From the IMG/VR virus record IMGVR_UViG_3300024255_000005: DNA of 64,000 nt. One strand, written 5' to 3'. Numbering within the stretch: position 1 is the first letter of the stretch; the number at the start of each line of letters is the position of its first letter. Shown piece after piece: positions 35,484 through 47,700 of the stretch. Below the pieces are notes generated by a model, which saw only the letters and a list, made by a program, of their open reading frames with translations, had not been told where the DNA came from and made no database searches. The translations under genes and the position numbers were made by a program. This stretch comes from an uncultured virus (IMG/VR IMGVR_UViG_3300024255_000005). Taxonomy: Duplodnaviria > Heunggongvirae > Uroviricota > Caudoviricetes.

Positions 35484-38273
35484 ATGTCATACCAAAATCT
35501 AAGATTTTTTGATAATAATTCTAACGAATTAAATCTAGAATATAATTCTGATTTAGGATATTCTACAGGTAATGCATTTTTACCTGAGATATCTACAGGC
35601 TTATATGAAACTTTAAATTTATATGTACTGGAAGAAGTAAAGGATGAATTAGATAATCAAAGGTTTGTACATCCAATATCAGTAGACGCAAATAAAAATA
35701 CGCTTAAGTTTAAATTCACAGAAGACTATGGTGAAAGTACAGATATATTTTTATATAGTGGTAAAATGAATAATGGGGATTATGATGTAAATATAGATTC
35801 TTTTCAAATTAGTGAAATGAGAGACAATAGCTATTATACATCAATTGATCCAGACGGTTTTAAAATAGTTCCTCTAAATGCAGCAGCATTAAGTCCTCAA
35901 GCATGTATTGCTAATATTGCAATGAGCTCAGATCAAGAAGGATTTCATATTAGAAAATTAGAAGTATATGCAACTGAAGACGGCAATGAAGTAAAGGTTG
36001 CTGAGATTAAAGTGTATGGTGAAATTGTTGCTGAAGATGAAAGACTAAAAAGCCTTTTAACTAACATGGCTCTTAATCTTACCGAAATGGATTATTTGAT
36101 ATTTAAAGATTCTGATATTAAAGATCTTGGTGTAGATTATAAACTATTAAATAGAAAAAGAAAAGAACTTTTATTGCAGGCTTCTACTATTAAGCCTTTC
36201 ATAGGAACGTATAAAGCACTGTTAGGTGTTATTGATTTCTTTGGATATAACAATGTAAGTCTTAGAGAATACTGGCTAAACATAAATGAACAATCTGAAG
36301 GATTTGGAAAAATGATGGTGGTTCCCGTTGCTAATCAAACTGAAGTAGGTTTTTTAGCAAAGAAGAGTAAAAATAAGAACCTTCCTAATTCTAATCAAAA
36401 GAAAACTTCTAGATTTTCACTAGCATATAGATTAAATGTTCCCACTGGAAGACTAAATGAATTTGATTTACCCGAAGTAGAGGAAATTACAGATTTTTCA
36501 CCTGACGAAATTTTAATAAAGTTATATGCTTTAAAGCGTAAACTACAAAAAGAGTACCTACCGCTTAACGCAAAGATCGTAGATATTACGGCAGAAGGTG
36601 ATTACTTTGACGGAGTAAATCAGAGAGTTTGGAATAATCAACACCAAATACATGCTCAGTTTGCAGGGCAAGACGTACACTATGAAGTCTTTCCTGAAAT
36701 TAAATCAATTTATATAGAAGATCTTAGGAAGGTAGACTACAGACTAGAAGGCCGTAATCAAAAGATAGAAGTTTTTAATAAAACAGAAAGAAATGAATTA
36801 GAAGATTCTATTAGATCTTTCTATACGGAATGGCATGATGAGGATATGAGCACATATAATACTATTGAAAATATTCCAATAGGTGCTCCTATAATTTTAA
36901 CAGGAACTTCACTTAAAGATACATGGGATGATGCTGAGTTTACGTTCATTGATGCAAACGATACCGATGATGATGCTAATGTTTTACATTCTCCACCTGG
37001 ACAACCACAATACACTACTCTACAGGATCCTTATTTAACATGGGATGACTGGTGGAAAAGAAGTGTATATGAAATTGAATGGATAATTAGAGGCCCTAGA
37101 GGTTACTCTAAAACTATTAGAGGATCCATTAACGATTGGTATACATTGCCAATAATACTTCCATATATAGGTGAGTATTCGATTGATGTTGCTTTTTGGG
37201 ATTTATATAATATAAGAAGTGTGAGCCACAATGAAAAGATAGTGGTTAAATCTAAGAACATCCAGATATATGGACTTTATCAGAAACTTACAGAAGAATT
37301 AGATTGGGCTAACTATAAATATCAATGGGATGAAGCTGGGTCTTCATGGGAATGGGGTAGAGAAAATTTAAACACTATTGGAGAAAGTATTGCTACATAT
37401 TATTTAACACTCGATAGAGCAAATTATCTTAATGATGAAACATTAGGAAAAGAATTTTCTATAAGTAGAAGGTATGCCGATCCTTCTGTCCCAACGGGGT
37501 TTGCAGAAACAACAGGAGCATATCAATGGAAGGCTCTAAGAAAGCAAACATGGAACGACGGACCTACTACTTCATGGAATCAAACAAGAATAGGTGCAGA
37601 TTTAAATTCTTCATTTAAGTTAGAGTTAAATGGAGACATAAATGGAACTATATCGGTTTCACAATTAGATACATTCACTGGATTAGAAATAGTAGAATCT
37701 TACACACCTACTTCAACATACCCAACAAATGCTCAAGATTTATCCGCTTGGAATAATTTACAGCAAGAGCTTAACAATTTAAATCCTAATCAATATCCTA
37801 TTTTCTCTAAATTTAATTGGAATCCAATTTATTTTGATTCTGATGGGAATGTTTCAACAGGAATTGACGGAGTTGATGAATGTACATATATGTTAGTTGT
37901 ATCAAAACAACCTAATCAAAGTTATGATTTTCATAACGCAACAACAACGACAGGCATAATAGATCCTAGCAGCTTTGTTAAATATCAAGCATACAATCCT
38001 AACTTTAATGATACCTATATAATAGACGATCATGACACTATTAGTTTACTAAATCACATGACGTTTTCTTATGATTTAACTAAAATGCCGGGTGTTATAG
38101 AACAGAAATGGAGATTGATAAATAATAGTGTAAAAAAAGAAGATATATATTATGATAATCAGTGGCTGACATACTTATTCGATACGAAAGGAGAGTACAG
38201 TTTGGAGCTGGAATTAACTGATTTGAATGGAAATAAAAACATAACAAGAAAAAACATCTTAACAATTAAATAA
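35484..38273 (+). CDS. Large baseplate/virion structural protein (gp7/gpI-like position)
   Basis: IGTYKALLGVIDFFGY tail-P2-I-like segment; C-terminal PKD-like strand pattern. Confidence 0.55.
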   Translation: MSYQNLRFFDNNSNELNLEYNSDLGYSTGNAFLPEISTGLYETLNLYVLEEVKDELDNQRFVHPISVDANKNTLKFKFTEDYGESTDIFLYSGKMNNGDYDVNIDSFQISEMRDNSYYTSIDPDGFKIVPLNAAALSPQACIANIAMSSDQEGFHIRKLEVYATEDGNEVKVAEIKVYGEIVAEDERLKSLLTNMALNLTEMDYLIFKDSDIKDLGVDYKLLNRKRKELLLQASTIKPFIGTYKALLGVIDFFGYNNVSLREYWLNINEQSEGFGKMMVVPVANQTEVGFLAKKSKNKNLPNSNQKKTSRFSLAYRLNVPTGRLNEFDLPEVEEITDFSPDEILIKLYALKRKLQKEYLPLNAKIVDITAEGDYFDGVNQRVWNNQHQIHAQFAGQDVHYEVFPEIKSIYIEDLRKVDYRLEGRNQKIEVFNKTERNELEDSIRSFYTEWHDEDMSTYNTIENIPIGAPIILTGTSLKDTWDDAEFTFIDANDTDDDANVLHSPPGQPQYTTLQDPYLTWDDWWKRSVYEIEWIIRGPRGYSKTIRGSINDWYTLPIILPYIGEYSIDVAFWDLYNIRSVSHNEKIVVKSKNIQIYGLYQKLTEELDWANYKYQWDEAGSSWEWGRENLNTIGESIATYYLTLDRANYLNDETLGKEFSISRRYADPSVPTGFAETTGAYQWKALRKQTWNDGPTTSWNQTRIGADLNSSFKLELNGDINGTISVSQLDTFTGLEIVESYTPTSTYPTNAQDLSAWNNLQQELNNLNPNQYPIFSKFNWNPIYFDSDGNVSTGIDGVDECTYMLVVSKQPNQSYDFHNATTTTGIIDPSSFVKYQAYNPNFNDTYIIDDHDTISLLNHMTFSYDLTKMPGVIEQKWRLINNSVKKEDIYYDNQWLTYLFDTKGEYSLELELTDLNGNKNITRKNILTIK

Positions 38274-38274
38274 A

Positions 38275-38841
38275 ATGGCAAGTATTACAACAATTTTAGG
38301 GACACATAGTCTTTCTTCTTCAAGACTTACTATCAATAACAATTTTGATAACGTTAATGAAGAATTAGGATTAATTGCAAACGTCTTAGACACGACAAAC
38401 TCCACGTTACTTTTAACAAGTTCTGTTGGCGCTGGATCATTGAACATAAACAATGGAACCTTAGCTACATTTACAGTTGATGGATCAACACTGACATCTG
38501 GCGTTGAAGCTACTTTTAAAGAAAATGTTATTTTTGAAAAAGGACAACAGATTTCAATAGCAGATACTATTAACTTTCCAACTGGAACACCTGCATTAGG
38601 AGCTTATGAATTAAATTCACTATCAGCATCAGTAATATTAGGAACATCTACTGCTGGACAAACATTAAGCATTATCGCTAAATTAGCATTTACAATAGAT
38701 GCTTCAAATGGAGCGATTCACGGATACGATTCAACATCTACTATTTCAGTAGGTCAGAATGGATGTATTAATTTAATAGGAGAATCTTCTAACGGAGGAA
38801 AATGGTATATTGTTAGCTCACACGCAGCTACAATATCTTAA
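38275..38841 (+). CDS. Putative virion structural/fibre protein
   Basis: SRLTINNNF N-terminus; beta-rich T/S/G composition. Confidence 0.55.
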   Translation: MASITTILGTHSLSSSRLTINNNFDNVNEELGLIANVLDTTNSTLLLTSSVGAGSLNINNGTLATFTVDGSTLTSGVEATFKENVIFEKGQQISIADTINFPTGTPALGAYELNSLSASVILGTSTAGQTLSIIAKLAFTIDASNGAIHGYDSTSTISVGQNGCINLIGESSNGGKWYIVSSHAATIS

Positions 38842-38863
38842 TTAAAAATAAACAATTAATTAG

Positions 38864-40855
38864 ATGGCTACACCACTAATAAGGATTCCACAGGAACAGG
38901 GAGGTACGATGTATGCTTTTGCTAATTCAGCGAGAGATCTTACACGTGCATATTATAATCCGGATATTAATTTTGAATTTTCTAAATTTGCATTGCTAGA
39001 CTTGCCAGTATATGCTGATTCTATTCAAAGTGATCCGAATAACCCTGAGTATTCTGGACCTAACTACATCGAATATTCTAGACTATTTGAAGGAGGTGGC
39101 GGTTCTAATGCTAGTTCTTATAATGATTCGTTACATGATGGAAATGGTAATGTTCATTTTGCACAAACTTTTCAAAGTTATGCCCTTAATTTAGAGAATA
39201 TGCTTCTTAACCCTGAGGTTAACGACGATTTTGATGATGTTTTATTTCAAAGTGATGCAGAAAAAATATTCTTTAAATACTTATATCACATCAACGCAAT
39301 AAGAGTAAGAACTGCAACTTCACAGGAAGTTTCAACAGGATTTTCTAGAATGATAGAGCTGGATGACTCTACACAATCCGGTTCTGAATATAGTCAAGTT
39401 ATAAAATACATTGGAAATATTGATGTAACTAACGACAAGAACTATAAAGGACAACAATATAACGAAATATTTATTAACGTTCCTTCCTCTGTCGGATATA
39501 CTCCTGAAGTTTTATTAGAAACTTCTAAATTTAATACTAATAATATTAAGTTTGTACCAGGTGCTGAAATTGAAGGAAGAACAAGTGATGATACTCACCC
39601 AGATCCTTTTTTAAATGTAGAATCTTATGCTGATCAGGATGACGGAACATACAACACTGATGAAAACGATATTCCTACATTTGGAATTGATTTTAATTCA
39701 AGCGCATATTCTAAAATAATAAATGATCCTAAATTAGATTCAATATTAGATTATTCTAAAAGAGGTGGAGATTTTAGATTTAATGCTATCCTAGTGTATT
39801 ACGACATATATTCAAAGTCTAACATTGGAAATAAAGCAACAAACCTATACGGTATAATATTATTAGATAACTGGAAAGAAGATACTTCAAATGATGGATG
39901 GTATATTCCGGAATTAACCAAGTATAAGCCCAATGAAATTACTGGTCTTAATGGTAATGCATTTGCACTTAAATTAAATCTTAAATTTAATTCAGCCTTA
40001 GATAATGTAGGAGTAGAAAAGAATGTTAATGATTATTCTACATTCTCAATGGATATTTTCTTAGACACTACAAGTGCTTTAGAGAATGCAGTTCAATTAT
40101 TAAGAGATGCTAACACAAGATATAATGATATTTCTAAGAAAGTTGAAATGTTAGAAAGTTTCTTTATAAGTTCTCAAAATTTACAAGGAATATCTAAAAG
40201 ACTAGACAATATAGAACAGGACGTTGAAAATGCAACTATTAATTTTCAAGATGAAAGAAGTCTTTTAGATTTAATAACAAACACCAACTCTAGATTAAAT
40301 CAGGTGATATCTGGTGAAATACCTGCAGAGTTACAATATAATACAGACGTAATAGAATCAGGTAATAAAGGGATCTCTATTGACAAACAATCAAGTACGG
40401 GTAAACTTAAGATTTCATGTGTTAATTACGGATATTCATTAAGCCCTGCTTATGTATACGATACTATATCAGGTATTAACGAAAGAGTTTTAAACTCAGA
40501 TGGTCCTTTCTTACCTTCAGAATCTGCGACAAAGGCGGTTTGGCAAAGAGTTAAAGAATTCGATAACTTAGTTAGAATCTATACGGCCTTTGACGAAAGC
40601 TTCGATTCTAATCTAAATATATACCTAGATGATACTGTAACACAATGGAAAACAGGCCAAGTTGTTAGAGTAACTTTTAAAAATAAAATCAAAAACTTAC
40701 AATCTAATAATATAACGATGTGGACAGATAAAGAAAATGGATGGTCTCAGAAAATTACTATTCCAGCCTCTTCTTTACTTAGTGCTACTCCTTATATAGA
40801 AATTGTTTGTATTGATTCAATAAACAAAACGTTTGAATACGATATTTTAAGATAA
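38864..40855 (+). CDS. Putative virion structural protein
   Basis: Long ORF in the structural module with a central coiled coil. Confidence 0.55.
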   Translation: MATPLIRIPQEQGGTMYAFANSARDLTRAYYNPDINFEFSKFALLDLPVYADSIQSDPNNPEYSGPNYIEYSRLFEGGGGSNASSYNDSLHDGNGNVHFAQTFQSYALNLENMLLNPEVNDDFDDVLFQSDAEKIFFKYLYHINAIRVRTATSQEVSTGFSRMIELDDSTQSGSEYSQVIKYIGNIDVTNDKNYKGQQYNEIFINVPSSVGYTPEVLLETSKFNTNNIKFVPGAEIEGRTSDDTHPDPFLNVESYADQDDGTYNTDENDIPTFGIDFNSSAYSKIINDPKLDSILDYSKRGGDFRFNAILVYYDIYSKSNIGNKATNLYGIILLDNWKEDTSNDGWYIPELTKYKPNEITGLNGNAFALKLNLKFNSALDNVGVEKNVNDYSTFSMDIFLDTTSALENAVQLLRDANTRYNDISKKVEMLESFFISSQNLQGISKRLDNIEQDVENATINFQDERSLLDLITNTNSRLNQVISGEIPAELQYNTDVIESGNKGISIDKQSSTGKLKISCVNYGYSLSPAYVYDTISGINERVLNSDGPFLPSESATKAVWQRVKEFDNLVRIYTAFDESFDSNLNIYLDDTVTQWKTGQVVRVTFKNKIKNLQSNNITMWTDKENGWSQKITIPASSLLSATPYIEIVCIDSINKTFEYDILR

Positions 40856-40856
40856 T

Positions 40857-43800
40857 ATGAGCGCTAGTAATTCTATATCACATTTACTCGAACAGTTTCT
40901 AGAATTAAACACTAATTCACTAGAAACTTTTGAGCGTATCAATGAGGCTATTTCTACAGATAAAGAAACAGTTACCATTGACCTATTCGATAATCGCACA
41001 GGAAAAATGACAGCGATTCAAATTCCAGCATTTGGATTTTTGAAAAGAGAGATTGAAAGAATTGATAAGAATTTAACTGCAATTAGTGGACTAGACACTT
41101 CAAGTGCGAACGTTAAACTTAAAGATGGATCTTATAGAAAAATACATACTTCTAAATTAAAAGGACCTTCTTTACCCGTAACATCTCTTGCAACCCCTAA
41201 AGAATTTAGTACTAAATTAAACGATTTCTTTGAAGATTTCTTAAACCCCTTATTAACAATAAGTTTAGACGTTAAAGGACAGATTCCAGTAGACACTGAA
41301 AGAGTATACACTGAAAGATTTATTTTTGATCATGAAGATATTGCATCGACTGAATCTTTTGATGAAATTTATAAAGGTCAAAATGATCTTAATTACGAAA
41401 GTTTTATTTCTAAAATTGAAGAAGCTGGTTTAAAATATAGAATCGACGCAGAGACAGTTGATATGCCAATTAGGTCAATTCAATATACTGGAGGCCTAGA
41501 TGTATTAAAGGTTGAAAATGTTCAAAAAACTGTTATAGTAGATAACGTTAGTCAAACTAAAACGATCAAAGTATATACTTTAAATAAGTTAACATATTCT
41601 GATGCTAATAAAAGAATGAAAGACACTGAATCTTTAAAGATAGGTGATTCATTAGTAGTAAATAACAAAGAATATAACACAAGATACAAAATAACCTCCA
41701 TTGATGCTTCAACATCTCAAGTAGGTTTAGAATTACTAGAAGGATATCTTCCTGTAAAGATAGGAGCAGATTCTTTAAGAATTTATAAAGACATTGATTT
41801 ATCTGTTGATATTGAAATAAAGGTTGGATTTAATGAAAGACAAGTTGTTTTTGTTAAGCCAATTGATCCTATTTCTAAAATTCCTTCAACTGATTTTTCA
41901 CCAGGAATCGCATTCTTTTCTAATGAATTAACTATTCAATCCGAAGAAGGTGTAATAACAACTCTCGCTAAATATTATAAAGAAGAGGTTGCTGACTTTG
42001 GGCAATTTATTAAAGCGCTTAAGGTCGATTATATTCCACCTGCATCGGAAGGTCTAATTCCAGATGCACCTATCATCGAATCTGATAACTTCAGGGTTAC
42101 TCAGATAAATAAACACCTTACTGAAAACGCTAGTGTTCAGAAGGTTAAGCAGATTAAATCAGATAAGGTTGCTGCAAAAGAAGCTGTTAAAAAACTTGAT
42201 TCTACTATTAAGAAAAAAAGAAAGTTAATTGCTACTAAAAAATTCTCATCTAAAATTGAAAGAAATAGAGAGAAGAATGAATTATCTTCTTTAATTAGAG
42301 AAAAGGCGGCCGAGACAAAGGTATTTTCTTCTAGTGTTAGTGAGATTAAAGCCATTGCCGAATCTAATGAATTACCTAAAGCTTCTCCTAAATATAGAGT
42401 TAGAGGTTTTTGGTCAATTCCAGATGCTAAAAAAGTTGGAGATGAAGTTTCACAAGAAGTAGTTCAGTTTATCGCAAGATACAGATACGCATCTGCTACT
42501 GGAAAAACTTCCGTGATTGAACAAATTAAATTTAATAAAAAAACTGCTGCATTTTCAAACTGGGTAGAAGTTAAAGGTCCTGTTAGAAAAAGAGAAAAGC
42601 AAGCAGACGGTGGCTATAGATGGATTATAGAATCTGAGGAAGATGCTCAGGCTATTAACTTTAATTCTATAGATCTACCAATAAGACAAGGTGAAGTTAT
42701 CGAAATGATGGTAAAATCTGTTTCTGAAGCAGGTTTCCCTACGACTCCAGTAGAATCAGAATGGTCTGAAATTATAAGTATTCCATTCCCTGAAGGAGTA
42801 ATATCGACTGACGGAGCTAATTCACTTATAAATCAAAACGATTTAGATAATGTTAAAGTTGAAATAAATGACGATTTAGAATCTCAGAACTTATTTACAC
42901 ACCTTGACACTGGGTTTACGGCAGGTGATACATATTATGCCCATGGCGCTGAAAGTCTTGCATCAGGATTTTTAACTGGAGAGCAGAACCCTATTAGTGT
43001 TTATGAAAAACTATTAGAATTACAAAATCAATTAGAAAGATTACAATCTAAGGTAGAAGGTACCGTTGGAGAACTACAAATTAAAATTGTAGACGAAGAA
43101 GGTGTTACCACTATGGTTAAAAACAACACAACTGCAAAAATATTTGCAGGATATTATGTAGACAATGCACCTACAGGAATTAGCAAAGGATATGTTGTTA
43201 CTAAAAACTTTACAGTTGAATTACACAACACTAAGGCATCTGATTTAGAACTATGTGCAAGAATTGTTGGAGATCTTAAACAACCTGCGTATGTTTCAAC
43301 AAGTGAACAGGAATATGGATTGGGTATAATAGATCTAGAAACAGGTAATATTAAAACTGCTTCTGACGCTGCACCCGATAATATGATATCTAATGATACA
43401 TATTATATGACAGAAGGTAAATATGATCAAGTTCCTTTAGTTTATCAAAACTTAACTGGAGATGGTAATTCTTATAATTATTTTGCTATGGCACCAGAAC
43501 AATCTTCACAGCTAAATGGCCAATTCATATATTCTAGATTTAAAAATATATCTAACAATGATAATTTATATCTTACAACAGATGCAGATACAGGTTCTTC
43601 TTACTCAGTAACAAACGGAGTTACTACCGCAGAATATGGTTTAAGTTATCCAATAAGAAATAATAATGGTGGTAATACACTATTTATCCCAGGTGCTATT
43701 ACCAATAGAACACATTTGCGAGATTTTAGTCTAGTTGATTCTACTGCTATGACATGTAGATTAACTGCTGCCCCATCATCAAACGTATCAGATTTTATAT

Positions 43801-44684
43801 GGAATGGAACTTATGGTGGAGGTAATGTAGAAAGCTCTACTAATAATTCAGAAATAGATTTAATTCCAATAACTACATTGGGTTCTAGTGAATATGATAA
43901 AGGTTTATTTTTATCTAAATTTCATCCACTCATCAAAGATGCTGCTGACGGAGGAACCGACCCTGACAATAGATTAAATGCGTTTGAAATGGTAACAACT
44001 GGAATAGTTTCAATGCCTAAGTATGCAGTTAAAAGGGCTAATGATAAAAACGGAAAAATACAAACACCATATCAGCCCCTAGCTATTACATTTAGAGATG
44101 GATCAGAATCTGGACCTATTGATGAATCAGGTACTGTTATTCCTAGAAAATCTGTTAAGAATTCCTTTACAGAAGATGATCAATATTTATTAGGTGGTCT
44201 TTCATGTGGATCTTTTTTATATCTTTCACCTATAAATCAAACTAGCTTATCAGTAGATGGACCTAACAAATATGGTAAGAAATTAATAGAAGGTGGAAGT
44301 CAGAATGCTGTTTCAGTAGATATGGTATTTCAATATAGGATGACAGATTATTTTGGAGAAGATGAAAGTGGTAAAGGTAGAATAGGTGGTATATATGGAA
44401 ATTCTTTTGCTAATTTAACTTATTCTAAAAAAATAGGGCTAGACATCTTAGACACGTATAAATCTGAATTTAAGTTTGATATCGAAGTATATGCCAAATA
44501 CAGAGCAGTTGGTACTAATAAAAATAGTATCAATAAAGTAATGCTACAAAGTTATAGAAGTAGCGGAACTGGAAGTTCTGGTGGATGGTGGTGGAACAGA
44601 AGAAAATTCTTTAACTCTAGTAGCGGATATACAGATTTTTCATCCTCTAGATTATACGACTTTGACGCTCGCCCATACAGGTAA
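40857..44684 (+). CDS. Large putative virion structural protein
   Basis: 1275-aa ORF with two coiled-coil stretches. Confidence 0.55.
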   Translation: MSASNSISHLLEQFLELNTNSLETFERINEAISTDKETVTIDLFDNRTGKMTAIQIPAFGFLKREIERIDKNLTAISGLDTSSANVKLKDGSYRKIHTSKLKGPSLPVTSLATPKEFSTKLNDFFEDFLNPLLTISLDVKGQIPVDTERVYTERFIFDHEDIASTESFDEIYKGQNDLNYESFISKIEEAGLKYRIDAETVDMPIRSIQYTGGLDVLKVENVQKTVIVDNVSQTKTIKVYTLNKLTYSDANKRMKDTESLKIGDSLVVNNKEYNTRYKITSIDASTSQVGLELLEGYLPVKIGADSLRIYKDIDLSVDIEIKVGFNERQVVFVKPIDPISKIPSTDFSPGIAFFSNELTIQSEEGVITTLAKYYKEEVADFGQFIKALKVDYIPPASEGLIPDAPIIESDNFRVTQINKHLTENASVQKVKQIKSDKVAAKEAVKKLDSTIKKKRKLIATKKFSSKIERNREKNELSSLIREKAAETKVFSSSVSEIKAIAESNELPKASPKYRVRGFWSIPDAKKVGDEVSQEVVQFIARYRYASATGKTSVIEQIKFNKKTAAFSNWVEVKGPVRKREKQADGGYRWIIESEEDAQAINFNSIDLPIRQGEVIEMMVKSVSEAGFPTTPVESEWSEIISIPFPEGVISTDGANSLINQNDLDNVKVEINDDLESQNLFTHLDTGFTAGDTYYAHGAESLASGFLTGEQNPISVYEKLLELQNQLERLQSKVEGTVGELQIKIVDEEGVTTMVKNNTTAKIFAGYYVDNAPTGISKGYVVTKNFTVELHNTKASDLELCARIVGDLKQPAYVSTSEQEYGLGIIDLETGNIKTASDAAPDNMISNDTYYMTEGKYDQVPLVYQNLTGDGNSYNYFAMAPEQSSQLNGQFIYSRFKNISNNDNLYLTTDADTGSSYSVTNGVTTAEYGLSYPIRNNNGGNTLFIPGAITNRTHLRDFSLVDSTAMTCRLTAAPSSNVSDFIWNGTYGGGNVESSTNNSEIDLIPITTLGSSEYDKGLFLSKFHPLIKDAADGGTDPDNRLNAFEMVTTGIVSMPKYAVKRANDKNGKIQTPYQPLAITFRDGSESGPIDESGTVIPRKSVKNSFTEDDQYLLGGLSCGSFLYLSPINQTSLSVDGPNKYGKKLIEGGSQNAVSVDMVFQYRMTDYFGEDESGKGRIGGIYGNSFANLTYSKKIGLDILDTYKSEFKFDIEVYAKYRAVGTNKNSINKVMLQSYRSSGTGSSGGWWWNRRKFFNSSSGYTDFSSSRLYDFDARPYR

Positions 44685-44705
44685 TATTCTGCTGTAACAA
44701 AGCAA

Positions 44706-44713
44706 GATATATA
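44706..44713 (+). promoter_or_regulatory. Putative late promoter GATATATA
   Basis: Recurrent motif. Confidence 0.6.
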
Positions 44714-44741
44714 CTCTAACAAAAATAGAGTCTATTCATAA

Positions 44742-47700
44742 ATGGCGAAAATTATTAACACAGCGGCAAAGAATAGTTTGGTTAAAAACAAATCATTTGC
44801 TTTACTAAGAACTAATCCAAAATTAACTTCTAATATTAAGTTAGTTGCAGATTCCTTAGGAGATATTTACCTAAGCTCCATTAAGGCTAGTAGAACTCTC
44901 TCACAGGTTGAATTTCAAAAATATCCATTATCTGACTTCGGTCAATATAATAGAGATGTTGCTCTTTTCTATGGAAAATTACCAAAAGATAAAAGATATC
45001 AGGTAGGTAGAGAGCATACTGATTTAGCGGTTAGTGCGGATTTCTCTTCACAATATGAAAATCTATATAACTATGGAGCATCCTTTAATTATACCAAGGC
45101 GTATGATGAACAATATAGGATGTTTGCTCCTATTTGGTTAGAAGACAAGGTTCCCAGTAAATTTATAATATACAGAATAGAAGATGTTAATTTTTCTAAA
45201 AATTATACAGAAGATGCCGATGGTCAAAATAGTAGGATTCAAGAAATGCTTTCAAAAGCTACTATCATTAAATCATTTGATCTTACCAATAACTCTAAAT
45301 TAGGAGCATATTTAAATAGCCACATAGAAGATCCTCTTTTTCCAAGTTCACACCTTTCTTTTAATTTTGAAATAGATGAACCTACTCATTTTTCGGGAAT
45401 AGACGCAATGATAGGAGGCTTTGTTAATAAGATGGATTATATAGATGATGATTATATAAGAGAAGATCTTCCGGAGATATTAGCAAATAATACTATTACA
45501 TCTAGCTTTGAAAGGAATGGTATTATTTCAGCAAATGTAATGAATATTGAATTTCTCTTTGATGATGAAGAAGCGTCAGATTATAATATTTATAGATATT
45601 TTGGAATATATGCGGATGAGCATGAAGAAGGAAGTGTCTTAGTTGAAAATGTAAATAAGTTTGGAGTCTTAAATTTAATAGATGATGGATCTGACAGTTT
45701 AGCTATTATTCCTAATGAATCTGAATCCAATCTTCCAATATTAAGCTGGGTTAAAGATAATGAAGATAATTATCACCACATAAAAAATTCTTTTGAAAGT
45801 TCTAATTTATCGTTCGGTGAAAGATTTATTTCCACTTCATTTAATGGAAATGCTGATAGGTTTACCTCTAAAAAAGAAAATGACATAGAAACACCATTTG
45901 TAAGCAAAACGGCTTTTAATGGATTTATGAAATTTTTACTAACACAACCACCGGTTCATAATGATAAAATATTCTTAGGAGATCTTTTAGAAATTTCAAT
46001 AGAAAGATTTAATTTAGGAGATTTCATATTCATAGCAGATGAAACAATGCCAATTGGAACATATTCTGAGGGTAGATATTCTTGTCAGGGAAATACTTCT
46101 CAAATTGCATCTGCATTAGCAGGAGCAATAAGAAACGGAGAAATCATACCATACAGTGCTCAATCATATCTTAATTCTATCGTAATTGATGATTATTCAC
46201 AGGGTAGAAATAAATACACAACCATATTCGGTATCAATACTTCGAATCCTTATACGTTTTTAGATATGGGCGATTGTATATTGGCGGATTCTCATTTTTC
46301 CAAAAGATATAATGAATTTGTCAATGAAGGTGGTGTAGTTTCAGGAGGTCTTTCTATTGGAGATTATTCTATTTATACTATGTCAGGTGGATGTGCAATT
46401 GACCAGGGAATAGTCGTTTCTTCAAGAGACGTTGGTAACATTAACGTTGGAGATTATGTAAAATATGATAGAAAGGATAAATTTACTAGAATCATAGAAA
46501 TAATTAGAGATCCTTTAAATTCAGAAGAATTTAGAGTTATTTTCGAAAAACCTATAAAATTTTCAAGAAGTGTATTTTCTACATATAATCCGTATAAAAC
46601 ACCTTTCGGTAAATTTTCAGCATACGACTTTAAAGATTTTGATTTTGATTTTTATAGCACTATTAACTCTGACGTGACTCATTTAGAATTTGAAAGTGAG
46701 AATTATAAGGAAGATGAAAGTTCATTTTCAGTTTCATCTGCAAGTTCTACAGAGATAATATCACCTAACAACGCACTGTATTCTAGCACGTACGTCACAA
46801 ATGAATGGGTCATAGTAATATATGGAATACATGCTGCTGAATTTATTAAGAAGGGAGATTTCTTAAAATCAGCAGTAGACGGAGAATATGTTAAGGTGTT
46901 AAACGTTAAATCCTATCCTGCTAATACAGCTGGATATATTTCTGATATAAGTACTAGATTAATATTATCAGGAGAACCTAATTCCGAATATACAATACTA
47001 TCGTCAGATATTAACAACGCATCTGAATTTATATTTATTCCTGGAGATGAAAATCTAGATTTATTTCAATTTAAAAAATTAGCAAACGTAATAGAAGATG
47101 ATTCGTCTGAAGGAGACAGCTCTGAAATTGAAATTACCAGTGAGTACGATAGATTAAATGAAAACTCTTTAAAAGAAACGAGTATTAATTCAAGAGTAGT
47201 TCCGACTATATGTAAATTTGCATTAAAGGAAGGTACTGCTATGAATTCAAGAAATCTACCATATATACTAAATGCTAATGAAGCGTTTGGAATTGATAAT
47301 CTTTCTGCAGATATTTCTATAATAAATGACAGGGACAGTGATAAGCTAAATATGGAACATTTTTTAATATGGAATATTCCTAGCTATTTAAGAGATTCTA
47401 ATAAAATACCATATCTTAGAGATTATATTAATCCGACCGATGAAAAAATGTCTTATAGTGATGTCTCTAGTAAATTGAAAGATGTAGACTATGATTATTT
47501 TTCTGCGTTTTTAAACTTCACAGGAGCATCGGATCTAAATGGAGATTGGATAGATGCAATAACTAAGAGACTATACACTTCATTTACATCAGGAGACTCT
47601 TTGAGCTTCTCCTCTACAGTATTTAAAGGACTTAGATATATTTATAAGGAAAGAAAAGAGTTCTCTCTGAATCAACCTATATCATTCAGTGCATCTTCAG